A DNA stretch of 60,087 nt, counting the filler, from Platydemus manokwari (lineage: Eukaryota), in NCBI GenBank assembly GCA_037951405.1. It is 6 parts of 6 records of this genome, joined end to end, with 100 filler letters (N's around TTAATTAATTAA, not from the genome) between each part and the next. Parts side by side here need not be neighbours in the genome. Positions count along the whole stretch, not along the records: positions 1 to 10,722 come from JBBMOY011110108.1; positions 10,823 to 19,582 come from JBBMOY011354648.1; 4 more parts are not named here. One strand, 5' to 3'. Shown here piece after piece: positions 1 to 13,000 of this stretch. Made by a program: the position numbers and the translations under genes. The notes beneath the pieces were generated by a model. It had not been told where the DNA came from. It saw nothing but the letters and a program-made list of their open reading frames with translations, and made no database searches. Within the stretch, counting starts at the first letter, position 1. Each line of letters opens with the position of its first letter.

Positions 1-2699
1 TATTTCTTTTATAAATTATTTAATTTAAATTTTAAGCCTCACATAGTCGATTTAATTAAATTGAAAATAATATTAGGATCTATTTGAGTTAATGATAAGA
101 AAATGACCAGACATAAAAGTATGTCTGTTAAAAATTCGAGAAGTGTGACGGTATAAATATGAATGTATTTTGACTCTTAGATCAGAGCTAATTCGTCATC
201 ACAGCTAATTTGCTATTTGATTTACTTTGGTAGTACAATAAATATTTGGATTTTCCAATGATACTTATTGATTACATTGTTGAATCTCTAATCGACAAGC
301 TTGAAGAATCAAAAATCGCATTTGTATCTATCGACGGCAAACTAATTTCAAGAAAAGATCTAAAGTAATGAGATATCAAATTGCTCAAATGCATGTACTT
401 TAGGAATTTTATTATTCATAAATTAAACTTAAATATAAAATCTTTTCGAATTTACCCAGCCTTGTTTTGAAACTTCCCGGGTTTGAACTAAACTGCATGA
501 ATTGTTGATAATTTTCTATTAATTACTTGGTTTGGTATTTGTGTTTAATAAATATTGGTTGAACAGTTTATTCGAGTTTTCATGATATTAAATTTATAAT
601 TAAATATGCACATTGATAAATGCTGCAGCATATTTTATAACTATAAATATTGGAACACATAGGTAATTATAGAACAATATATTAAAGATGAATTGTTGGC
701 TGATTGTAGAAGTAACTATATGCACGTGGAAACAGATTTTCTAAATAATAAAATTATCAGTAATTAAAGTCGAAAACTTCCACAACTTACGCTGTTGAGA
801 TATATTATATTGAACCATATCTTAATTATATATCCCTTGATTTTTATTTCTGGTTAATTTTGAATAGGGATTCCGAGCAATCCAGCATTTAATAGATATT
901 TTAAATATTTTTCACTGATAGCACTTATTTGAGTAAGAAATAAACTCAATCAACTAAATCATTCACAAGTATTAAGAATTTAACAAATTTAAAATCGAAG
1001 AATTTCTTAGAGGTGTAGAAAAAATAGATGTTTGCATGCTACAGTTACTTTTCAAAAATTTTTAATGTTGGATATTCAGATAGAGATATATGAATTAATT
1101 ACTTTCATGTGCTCCAATTACATAATAGATTTAAAAAATTCAAGTGCGCTTGTGTAATACAGTAAGAGTTAAAAGTACAAAAATTATCATAAAACTCATG
1201 CCTTTGGCACCAAAATTTTTTTCGAATTTAATTGATCCATAAAATATTCTTAGTGAATGAGTCATATGGGATCAAAATTATACAATCACCTTTTGGTCCT
1301 TAAAAAAATCTTAAAGTTTGTATATCCATGCTTCGTCTTATATCATTATCTCAACCACTTAAAAAATTTTTGAAATTACAAAAAAGTATTTAATAACGAC
1401 AAAAAGAATTTTTCAAATTTCTCACCGCTATTTGATTTTAATGTTTCTTTATATTTAATCAAAAACTTTATTTTTTGTTAAATAATACTTTGGTAAAATA
1501 TAAACTTTGTAGCAATATTTACGATAATTATTGTAACAAATACAAAACGATTTGGTTTTGATGATTTATTGCACAATAAATATCATATATTTCCTTCATC
1601 TAGCAATAATTTCTTTTCATATCAGAATCGAATAATAGATTAACCCTAAAACAATTATGTGGAAGTTATTTCAAAATAAAGCTGATTAACTTATTAATTA
1701 TTGGCCACATTACTACAAGTAAAGCTTAACAAAATTGTTGATAAAGTAAAAGACATCTTCAATCGATAACCACTTAATGATCAAATTACACGGCTTCAAT
1801 TTTCGACTAACCATTCAAACTATAGCAACTACTATTTATATGACAAAACCATATTGTAATTAGACTTAGAAAATTCAGTCAATGGTTTTATAACATAATT
1901 TCTTAGACAAAACAATACCAATAACCAAAACTGCCGATAACAATAAAAATTTAAGCATTATCATTACTAAGTTATTTCATGGAATTTTTAAATGCATTGA
2001 ACTTTGAATTTACGATTAATTTGTATTTTGTGAACTTTGTATCTGTGATAATGTTTAAATTTTATTGATGTCAACTATATTAGATATTGGTGTTTAAAAC
2101 AACTGAATTGAGTGCATTTTTAAAAATCTTTTTTCAAGATGATTTCTAATAAAAACTTCTTACTATAAATGGAATAAATGTTTAAATAAATCATAAAGAA
2201 ATAATGATGATAAGACCAATAATTTTCCGAAGCATTATTTGAATTTAAAGTGATTGGTCTTTCCAATCTCAGAAGCAAAACATGAGCAACCGTAATCAGA
2301 ATAATATAATTAGCAAACATTGTATGTAGTGACCTTAATGAAAAATTGATATAATTAAATTTCCGACTTGTGAATAGAATTAAAATCGATTTATTGTTCA
2401 AGCAGCTCCCCGTTAAACAATAACGAGACGATTTCATAATTGTTACTTTTAATAAACAAAATTTGTATTTTCTGTTACATCCAATTGTAGTTAAGATTTT
2501 TTTCTTTTATAATAATTCCAAAAATGATTATCAAGATTGACCTTGAATAGTCATATCATATATTATTATAAATATTAAATCTAAAAGATATTAAATATTT
2601 TCTTTATTTTCTAGGATTTTTATTAAAAGAAAATATACATATATTCATTCATAAACTTTGATAATCGGGACACCTATACATTAAAGAATTCGAGGAATA

Positions 2700-2990
2700 T
2701 AGTTCTTTCCTTTGATCGTTCCATGGATCACAGTTCGTTTGTTTAATCATACAATCAAATCAATATTTCAATTGTTTCTGTTTCTCTCTTCCAGTTGTTG
2801 TTGTCTGGGATTTCTTCTACCCATATCTTTATTGCTCCTTTGCTGCCGTTGTCTTCCAAGTGTTTTTCTAGGAATGTGTCATTGATTTGTCATTGATAAA
2901 CTTCAACTTTTAAATTAATTCCACTTAGTCATGTATTCTATTCAAAGCAGTTATTTTGTGGTCAACCATCCTAGTTATCTGAGCAATCAA
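2700..2990 (-). mobile_element. Possible decayed 3' end of an RTE-like LINE
   Basis: Hand translation of the minus strand gives broken KNTWKTTAAKEQ*RYG, loosely like the GRPKNTW..T..E..G C-terminal motif of RTE ORFs. Many stops; weak support. Confidence 0.25.
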
Positions 2991-3069
2991 ATAATAAAAA
3001 ATTAAAAATATAGAAAAATTTTGAAAAAATAAAATAACAACTAAAGTTACTAAAACATTCTTACAAACA

Positions 3070-5760
3070 ATTGATGGGGTAGCACTGAGGATAAATCTGG
3101 TGGATTTGGTCTATGACCCATCGGTGCTTGACAATTCACTTTGGTTTACCGGAGACCAAATTAACAAGCATGTGTCTGAAAATATCCAACTAGTAGAAGC
3201 ATTATGTCAAATAATACATTGCCTAATCAATCATATTCAACAAAATCAACCTCAATCAAGCTAATACTAGTTAGTACCTTAGAACTTGATGCATGCCATT
3301 CAAATTTTGCAGTAATTAACATTGACAACGTGCATTGGACCGTACTCTTTGCAAAGAAGAATGATGGTGCTGAGATAATCAATTCCATTGTATAGAAAAG
3401 CATTTGACGTTAATAGAGCTATGAGTCGTGCAGGAACTCCAGTAAAAACTATGAGGCAAGCTACAACTTGCAAGCTACTCACTTGCTACTCCGAAATCCA
3501 GAAAGACACACAAAGTCATTGTCAAAACAATAACAATGGCTGCGACATAATAATCTGTGGATACATGAAGAAAATTATATCAAACAGTAAAGGTATAATT
3601 TATAATATTCCAGAAGTCAGGATGAAATTTGGAAACTCAACTAGAACAATAGATTGGAAAACCAATAATAACATGTCATATCATGGACCAATTAAAAACC
3701 AAGGAGGATTATATTTGTTTTACAGTCAAATAAATGAAGACTTTAAATCTCGTGCACTAGCCATTACATGAGGAATCTATTGAAATAAATTATGTATTCC
3801 AAGTTTGTTCACATGTAAAAGGACTCTTTGAATTCAAAGAAGCCACGAATCCTTACTAGGTCAAAACGACTGAGGAGCTACTGATAAATTCCTGAGACTG
3901 CTCTATAAATCATCTCTTGTCGTAGCCTTCAAAATCGTTACAAGAAACAATGATGTTGATTACGGTCTACAAATGATGGACTTCAAAATTCACTATTCAA
4001 AGAAACAAAACGAAACTCTAAAACTCAAACAATGCACAGATTCCTGCTTAAATCCATGTAGGCGGGCTTGCAGTCTCAGCAATTTTATTAAAAATGGTCC
4101 AATCTTCAAATTTTTAGAAATCACGATCAAAGAAATCTTTTCTAATCTGAAGTAAAAAGACCTCACCGCGTCTAGCAGGAATAAGTTCAATTGCTAAAAT
4201 ATGGATTTTGCTGATCCCAATACTGAAGTTCTAACAAGAATTATACATAAATGTTTGTTCACAAAAGCGGTACCCGAAGAGTAGCTTCAATAAAACACCG
4301 TGATGATACCTAAGACCACGAAACAACGGCATTGTCATAAGGTTGTATCTTGGAGACCAATAGGACTACTAGACTGTTGATTTAAATTTTATACCAGTCT
4401 GATCTGTCGACAGCCTAATCACTGAATTACGGAAAATTAGTTGCTACACCCAGTAGAAAGTGTCTTGGACCAACCGATGGATGTAGAGAGCATAATTTCC
4501 TTCTTCGAGCAGCTCTGGAGAAATATCATGATAAAAAGAAGAACAATATCCACATTTGCTTTTTGGATATAGAAGAGACATTCTCATCAGTCAATACAGA
4601 GATCTTATTGGCTATTTTGTCAAAGATAGAAATGGATGATGCCGCAATTCAAATTATCATATCGCTATACGAATATTCCAGGATAGCATTCATTTATAAC
4701 AATCGCAAATCCAATGAAATCTCGATAACGAAAGGGGTTACACAAGGCTTCCCTATCTCCATGGCTCTATTCAATATTGTAATTAACCCTATAGTGGATA
4801 AGGAGCGTAATCATTCTAGCTGGACATAAGATCAAGGCACTCGCCTAGAATAATGACATTACAGTCATTAGCCAAGATGAAACCAGCATCCAAGAATTTC
4901 TGAACAATTATACAATACTAGCTGAACAATTGGGTTTCAAATTTAAATCGGCAAATGCAGGTACATCTGGAACTGGAACTCAAAATAGAAAATAATGCAA
5001 TATCAATCAATAACCAAACTATACTACAGATAACCATGGAAGAACACTACCGACACCTTGGAGTTAATTTCTCACTGATGTTACATAAATCAATTGAAAG
5101 CCTGATCATCGTCTTGCAAAGTATAACTGAAAAACTGCTGAAATGCATTCTACTCCCATTGCAAAAGATAAACTCCTACAATGCTTTCATTCGCAGTGAG
5201 GCCATTTTATTCGTGAAGAATTAAATTGTCACATATACAAAACTGGAGATACTAGATGTAGCATTAAGGAAGATTCTCAAAAAGATTCACAGAGTCCCAA
5301 AGTCTTGTTCCAATCAATACTTATATTCATATAGATCAAATGGAGGTTGCTGATTGAGAAGCATTACGGCAGAGTACATAATCCAATCAATAGTAAATGG
5401 GCTATCAATCTCATCTATCTCATCAGCCGACCAATAGATGAAAACACAACGATAACAGACGCATTAAAATGGCTTAATTCAAACAAAAATAGCTCAGAAA
5501 GAAGTCTTACTTGGTGAGGAAAGATTCGTGAATCCATTAGTCATGCAAACATGAAGCTATTTACATCAATTAGTTTGAGTTACTTGATGGTGAGATAAGT
5601 ATTCGGGTATATCAAAACATCAACACTGAAGAGGGTGAAATAATGAGAGAAGCAAACATAAGCCACAGGAAGATTGACGAAATCCCAAAACTACTGTGAC
5701 AGTGTTTCTGAAGTTCCTACCAATTGCTTTGGACTAAACAAATTAAATCAGTCAACTATA
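3070..5760 (+). mobile_element. Degenerate R2/NeSL-type non-LTR retrotransposon: Ulp1-like (C48) cysteine protease followed by reverse transcriptase and thumb; many stops and frameshifts, 3'-truncated
   Basis: Protease: WFTGDQIN (~3142), VINIDNVHW (His at 3333), QNNNNGC (3523-3543). RT: VMIPK...SWRPIGLLDC*FKFY (4300-4392), DGCREHNFLL, FLDIEETFSSV, KGVTQGFPISMALFNIVI (4731-4785), ALA*NND at the YADD position (4837-4857), LGFKFKSAKC-like, YRHLGV, LLPLQKINSYNAFI, YLYSYRSNGG. No endonuclease is visible. Confidence 0.85.
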
Positions 5761-7939
5761 CCAAGGTGATATCAAAGGAGGATGATGAGATGTTTGAGAA
5801 ATTAAACTGGATAATGTTGGATGAGGAGTGTATAGAGTGAACTGTGATAATAAGCCCTGCCACTTAGTCTGAACCATATCAATTAAAAACTATTTGTAAT
5901 AAATATTTGTATAGTTACGTTGACTAAAAATGGTAACTTATGCATTACTTACATTACAGACACCAAAAATAGTAATACATGATATTAAGCATAGAATGTT
6001 ACTAAAAATTTATCATGACTCATAAAACATAAGCAGATAACATAAATTTAAACAGTACATAAACGAGTGACACTGGTCACCCTACACACAATTTTTCGAT
6101 CATAATATTACAAATACCCAAAATTGATATTATATATTAAATGCACAATATTGTTTGGATATTTATTCGGGAGAATTTATAATTGTTTAAGACAATCATT
6201 GTGAAAATATTTTTTGGAAATAAGTGAATTTTTTATTGTCGTCATAATAAACAATGACAATTTCTATCCACGTGGTCTTTTAAAACCCAATATGAATCTC
6301 ATACTTGGTTCCTCACCTTCTTATTAATAGAGAAGTTTGTCGGCGATCTTAAGCGGTACGCCATTTGCTTTCATCTTGAAGATACTTTGCTTATCCAATA
6401 ATATTATTTATTATCTGGCAGTGTTACTAAATAAAATTTAATTAATAAAATATATTTCATTGTTTTGTATTGTTTCATTTTATAATAAGTATTTATATTT
6501 TAAATATTATTTGATAATATCCGGGAATTAAATTGCAGACACAGCCTTTCTATGCTATAGTACATATAAGCTAACGATTTTCAAAACCTTCTTACAACAC
6601 CAGCTTTATCACATATTTAACAATTTTGCTATTGACATTAATTTTATTACAATGCTACTCAGTGGACAAATGGTTTTAAATTTATGTTTTTGATTAAGAA
6701 ATTAGTTTATAGCTATTATTAAACCAATTAATTTTATTGATTTTATTAAAATTTTATATAAGTTAGGTGAGTATGTCTCTTACCATAATGAACGTTTTCA
6801 ATTCCAGTAATCTAATAGAGATAATATCAATAACGTAAACTGAAGATAAGTAATATAATAATAAAATGTTTGAATAAAGAAAAGGATTAATTAAAAATAT
6901 AATGATATGATTGTTAATCAAAAAATACAAAACAAGAGTCTGAATGACAAAATGAATTTAATTATTTTTATAACTAAGTTTAAAAACATTATGGACATCT
7001 TGTTCTCTAACAAGAGTTTCGTCAATATTGATAGGCGGTCATTAAAGATTAAAGGGTCTTATAAAACATACGTTTGACTTTACGAAGTTTATCCTTAGTG
7101 GATTTTACATTTGGTTTTAAAACTTTTACAGATGGGTTAAGTCGACTGAGTATTTTTAGTCGTCTAAGATGATTGTAGATTTACAAAATTAACTAATTTA
7201 ATCATTTATTAAGTCAGTATCAATAAGTTCATAAATCCCCAGGACTCATTATAAAGTTCTCAATCAAACCCATCATAATTACTACAAAATGTTAAGAAGA
7301 ATACTGAATAATAAGCGTTTAAACATGGTATATGGACTTTTAAGATAGATAACTCTTTTAATATGGTATAAATTATTACCTGGAATACTATAGTTCTATT
7401 CTTTAGAAAAATGTTAGGATGTAGTAAATTTATGCTCAATTTAAAATAATATCCAATTCCCCAATTAGTATTTGCGAGAAATGTTGCTGAAATTGGTATT
7501 TCAGCTTTTAGGTCAGTATAGTGATTAAATTTGGTGTATATGTTGATTTTTTCACGGTCTATTTTTCTTTATTTATTATAATACTATTTGAAAATCTAGG
7601 ATAATTTTAAATGAAATTGTTATTTTCATATTTTACTTTACATCTTTCAAAATTTAACAAGAATTATAATTATTTTTAGCTATTATGTATTAAATTTTTT
7701 GATACTATATTTAGACATTTATTCTAGGAATAGATATGAATATTAAAAATGGGTAAGATATTTATTTGAAATGTAAAATCAAACTTGTTTGAATAAGCAG
7801 CATTATTTTCATATTTATATCATATTTTAAATAAATTGTAAAACTTTATATACTACTTTATTATTCATGTCGTCAATTACTTTAATGTTAATTTTTGATT
7901 TTGAATTTTAAAATTATGGATTTGTGTTTTAGAAATTAA

Positions 7940-10606
7940 ATGACAAAGTCAAGCAAGCCACCTACAAACAGCTTGGATTATATTAATAAATCTGTTTTAC
8001 CCAGCCTTTTAAAACATAAATATGCTTGGCCATTTTCGAAACCAGTCGACTACGTTGCTTTAAATATACCGGTAAGTTAATTTTTGAATATTAGATGTAA
8101 TTAAGATATTTATAGGATTATCCAAAAATAATTAGGCATCCAATGGATTTTTCATTGGTGAAAACTAAATTACGACAAAAACAATATGCAACCATTAGTG
8201 AATGTATAGATGATGTTAATCGAGTCTTCTGCAATTGTTATTTGTTTAATCAACCTGGAGAAGACGTTATATTTATGGCATTGAAACTGGATAATTTCTT
8301 CCGAGAAAAAATAAAACACATGTCTATAGACAACTATGCAACAAGTATCAACTCACGTGTTTCGACACCACTTAGTTTACAAAGCAACCATGTTGCAATG
8401 CCTATTAAAAATAAAGACGTTATTGATCAGTCGTCTAATTCGTTGCTTGGTAAACGGAAATTAGATGAAGAACCGGAAAAACCGTCTTGTAAAGTATCAA
8501 GATTTGATTCTGGGAAATCAATCAGAGATGATACAATATATGTTAGCAATAATGACATGACAAAATGCCTATCAATATTAAAAGAATTAATGTCATCGAA
8601 ATATCGGGTAAGATCTTTTAAAGTTCAATTGAATGTTAAATATTTTTTGTAAAAGTATCGTTTTAATATTATTAAAATAGTTTTTTAATTATAAGTAATA
8701 TTATTTTTAAATGACCGTTTTCAGAAATATAATACTTTGTTCCTTCAACCGGTTGATGTGAAAAAGCTGAGTCTTTTTGATTATTACGATGTCATTAAGA
8801 AACCTATGGATTTTAGCACTATAAAATCTAAATTGGAAGCGAATTTGTATGATTGTAAAGAGAAATTCGTCGAAGATATTGAATTGGTTTTTGATAATTG
8901 TCAAAAATACAACGGCGAAAACAACGAATGCAGTAAAATTGCTCGTGCTCTTAATGAAATCTTCAAAGATATTTATGCAAAAACATTCGGTACACAGAAA
9001 TCAATCGAGCCGTCACTGCCCACTCCAATAAAAATCGACGCAAAAGAGAAAACTCACATTAATCAGTTGAAATCCAAAGAAGAACCGATTTCAAAATTAT
9101 CACCTCAGGAACTTCCAAAATCGAAAGAAACGATTGTTGACAGATCACAATCATTTGATAATTTGGATAAAAATGAAATTATCCAACGCCTTTTTAAAAT
9201 CGAATCACTGCAAGATGAATTGATGCAAGAATCAAAAAAGGTTCAAGAGCTCATGACGATCCAAGGAGCTGAGATTGATGAATTGCATCAAAAATTGAAG
9301 GAAAAATCATTAATCAATTACAATTCCAACGAGAAAATTGCCGGAGAAAACAATATCGGCGAGTTTTGTGATGCTGGATCGATGATGTCTAATATGTCAG
9401 AAAGTATTTTATCATCGTCCACATCAACTATTTCCAATTCTAGGAAAAGCAAGCGCATTATTCGTCCACCGAAAAACAAACTATCTGACAGTATGAGTAC
9501 ACCTCAAAGCGTTAGCGGTAAGAAATTAGTGTCGAGTGCTGCCAAATTTAATGCTAGGAAAAGGTAACCTCTTGATTTTTGTCACATCATCTGTTGGATT
9601 TGGTTAATTTGATTCATTTTTTGCAGCGTCTCGGACAATGGTAAAAAAGTTATTCCACCTCAAAAATCATCGAAATCATCGTTTTCTCATGACGCTTGTC
9701 CAATTTCGAACAAATCGAAATTAGAAGGTTATTAGATTATTATGTTATTATATCATTAATTTTTTAATATTAAAATTTTATTTAATAAAAATATCAACTG
9801 TCAATTTATATAGAACAAAACAATACCATATAAACATATCGACTGATCTTCTAGCAGTGATAAAATCAATAATTGAGTTTTAATAAATAAATTTTTAAAG
9901 AATCCCGGTCCTGAATATGTAATATGAATTATTGATTTTAAATTTGCAATCGCTATTAAATATTTGATAATTTGCAGCTACTGATAAACTTAAGTAGTGT
10001 AGTAATTTTACGAAAATTATTTTTGTTGTCTCTTCATCTATGTGAATATTTTTGTAAATTAAGCAATAACTTGATGCCCCTACATTTCATTATAAAGATG
10101 TAGCAGACGATGAAGAAATGTATAAACCGATGATCTACGAGGAGAAACGAAAATTGCGACTCAATATCAATCAATTATTAAGTGACAAACTCGGTACGGT
10201 TGTGGAAATAATTCAAGAAAACGAGCCCACTCTTCGTGATTCCGATCCCGATGAAATGGAAGTTGATTTTGAAATTTTACAAACGAAAACGCTTCGAAAG
10301 CTCGAAAAATATGTCAATAGTGTATTGATTGTTCCCAAGATCTCTAATTCGAAAAAGGCCAATCCAAAAGTCAATTCAAAAGGTCTTAGTCAGTCGAAAA
10401 ACAAAAAAGCATATGATGAATATATCGTATCGAGTGTAGATAATAATACATATAATAATAAAGGTAATTCATTATTTAATCGGTACCCCCCCCCTCTCAT
10501 GAAATATTTTATCAGAATATATAAGAGATTATTTATATTATCATTATGTTTATATATTATGTTGCTTTTATTCATTATAAATTATCTGTTTGTTTTATCG
10601 AAATAA
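7940..10606 (+). CDS. BET-family protein (BD1, BD2, coiled-coil, ET domain; BRD2/3/4/fs(1)h-like). Exons 7940-8071, 8116-8607, 8725-9563, 9627-9727, 10098-(10463 donor or stop 10606)
   Basis: All four GT-AG introns keep frame. BD1 reads [31 protein letters not shown]...[14 protein letters not shown]2 reads [24 protein letters not shown]...NCQKYN. ET reads [18 protein letters not shown]...[31 protein letters not shown]. The 3' end is uncertain: a likely donor GTAATT at 10464, then an assembly gap at 10723. Confidence 0.93.
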
Positions 10607-10722
10607 ATGAATGAGATTGCTACTGGTTTTCTATTAGATGAAATATTAAATGAATGGTATTATTATGAAAATGATAATTATATAATCATAATATAATTTT
10701 TAAAATAATCAATATATGATTG

Positions 10723-10822
10723 NNNNNNNNNNNNNNNNNNNNNNNNNNNNNNNNNNNNNNNNNNNNTTAATTAATTAANNNNNNNNNNNNNNNNNNNNNN
10801 NNNNNNNNNNNNNNNNNNNNNN
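10723..10822. other. Artificial assembly linker N44-TTAATTAATTAA-N44
   Basis: Exactly 100 bp; the 12-mer has stop codons in all six frames; identical to four other linkers in the window. Confidence 0.97.
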
Positions 10823-11169
10823 TTATAATGAATATTTTGTATGGGATAGAAATTGTCAAATTAATTGATTGTAGAAGTTTTATTAGATTCGTGAAGAAAA
10901 TTAAAATTAAATAAATTACAATGAAGCAAATTATCATAATTTTAAAAATGAATTTTAATTTTGAATTTCTTAAAAAATTATGACAAATAATTTTTGAATA
11001 ATTTAAATATTTTTATTTACAGATTTTTGTATTTACATACCTGATTAGTATTGGAAATAATTAAAGCTTTCTTGGAAATATCTTAATTTATTTTAAAAAT
11101 ATTTTTAATAATATGTATTTGGAAAATTTTCTCAGTAAATAATTATATCGAATAACAGAATTTAATTAA

Positions 11170-11720
11170 GGTAGCTACTGGTAGCATTGCAATTACGGAC
11201 ACGGATGCAATCCTGAGCAGACTTGTGCATGAAAAATGCAGACGAAGGGACAATATCAAATAATTCACAAAATGCTGTAAACGATATTTCGATATTTAGT
11301 TGTAAATGCCATGTTGGATCAGGGCGCCCTCCTTAAATATGACTCAACTTCATAGGTGATTAAGGATCTCGAAGAAAAGCTGCATATAGCTTTTGGTAAA
11401 AAAAGATTTGGTAAAATTGTTTGAGAGCCTGATACCGAAGGTAAATGGAATCCATAAAAGTGTTCCTCAACAATATATAACAGATAGTGAAAGAAATTAT
11501 ATCGCATAAGGCGAACAAAGAAGATATTATCGCATTCCTGGGAGTTGATTGAACAGAGAATGTAGAATTAGAGAAAAAAGACTCAATACACCACTAAATT
11601 TCCGAAGATTAAAACAATAGTTAATAAACTGGTTAAAGTTTGAGAAGTGAAAAAAATAATAATGCTTTTCTATGATATAACAAGAAGAAAAACCAATCCT
11701 AACACCAAAAGAGGTAAGGA
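11170..11720 (+). mobile_element. Possible decayed LTR-retrotransposon PBS plus gag fragment
   Basis: TGGTAGCA at ~11178 matches 8 nt of an initiator-tRNA-Met PBS. It is followed by broken VNAMLDQGALLKYDSTS*VIKDLEEKLHIAFGKK, resembling gypsy gag L..GAL..Y....L..AFG. Confidence 0.3.
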
Positions 11721-11797
11721 TATAGCTTTCTATACCTGAAATGAAAGGTGCATTTTGCTAAACATTAATCCAAATCAACCTAATATAACAGATGCTA

Positions 11798-12708
11798 CGG
11801 TTATTATTTCTTGCTCTAATTATATTGTGAGTCCGATACTACTGTCAACCCTGTAAGAGCGAGTGTACTTAAATATTATAACCAAAAATCAAAACAAAGA
11901 ATGTGGTAATAAAATTTATTTGACTATCACAAATCTACAAAATGGAAATTTCAATTTTTTTTGCAATAAAAGTGTTTCGATTCCCTTTTATTCAGTAATT
12001 GATTACACTTTATTTCGAAAATACACTTAATTTCACAATCATTCAAGAGTTTAAATTTACCAAACACGCAGTTTAAGAACGAGTGTCAACTAAGGAAGGC
12101 TCTGATAATCAAATTCCTTTATATTGAATAAATGTAATTCAAAGTAGATTTTAAAATATGGACAAAACCCCCTTTTACTTTTATTAAAATCATGCTTTGA
12201 CCGAATTATTTCTTTCTCGTGATTTCTCGTTCTCGCTAAAACTCTTTTTTGTGTGAGCCAATTTTATGATTTTTTCATTCCTTATATAGCGTTTTCTATG
12301 ACAGATTATGAATAATTATTTTTGTTTGTTATTTTCTTTTTCCAAATTCGATTTTAAAATTATTTTACAAATCCGCCTACATTAATAATTTTAATTTATT
12401 TTTCCGAACATATTATTAATTGGATTTTCTTTTTCGCCTACATTTTAAATTTCCTATTTCGCGCACATTAATTATTTTCAAGAATAGCGTAATTCTATCC
12501 ATCCTTATAAAAATATAATTTTTGCTTATTAATCAATTTTTATTTTTTGAACCAAAAATTTTATACATAAAACTATCAAAATGTTCTCAAATATTCTTAT
12601 ACAAAAATTCGTAATTAAAATAAATTCAGTAAAGAGTCAAATTAAAAATTACAATCTGATCACTAATGGTCGTCACCAATATCCATCTTCTACTTGGGTC
12701 TTTGCAGG
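11798..12708 (+). repeat. Repeat family A, copy 1 (homologous to 48140-49086)
   Basis: Collinear shared blocks: tttgact.tc.caaatctacaa; attttatgatttt..cattcct.ata.ag..tttctatgac.gatt.tgaataat.atttttgttt.ttattttcttttt; ttttcgcctacattttaaa; cttctact...gtctttgcagg. Confidence 0.85.
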
Positions 12709-13000
12709 CCCAAACCAAGAGTTTAAAACCTTTTACTTAAATTTCCCATTCCAAAAACTCTCAACGTGGAAAATTACCTTTTGGCTAATTCACTCTATTG
12801 GTAACCACTGGAATCTATACATCCCTAACCAAACGAAATTGTGCACTCAATATTTATTACACTGTCAAAAATCACTATGGAAGAAGCTAAATTCACTACT
12901 CCAGAATAAATAATCTTCATTGTCCGGCCTATCGAAACAGCTGAATTCAGCATATGTGGCCTATTTGTGATTTAACACATCCTTCTTCGCAAGTGGTAAA
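12665..13000 (+). pseudogene. Decayed cysteine-protease-like coding fragment (Ulp1/adenain clan) continuing from repeat A
   Basis: WLIHSIGNHWNLY (His-Trp at 12806-12811) and, after a frameshift, SICGLFVI (Cys at 12955). The order and spacing fit the H...C catalytic motifs of clan CE proteases. Confidence 0.4.

Noticed and set aside
10767-10778. Recurrent TTAATTAATTAA palindrome as a biological motif
   Set aside because: It is always centred in a 100-bp N spacer; it is an assembly linker.
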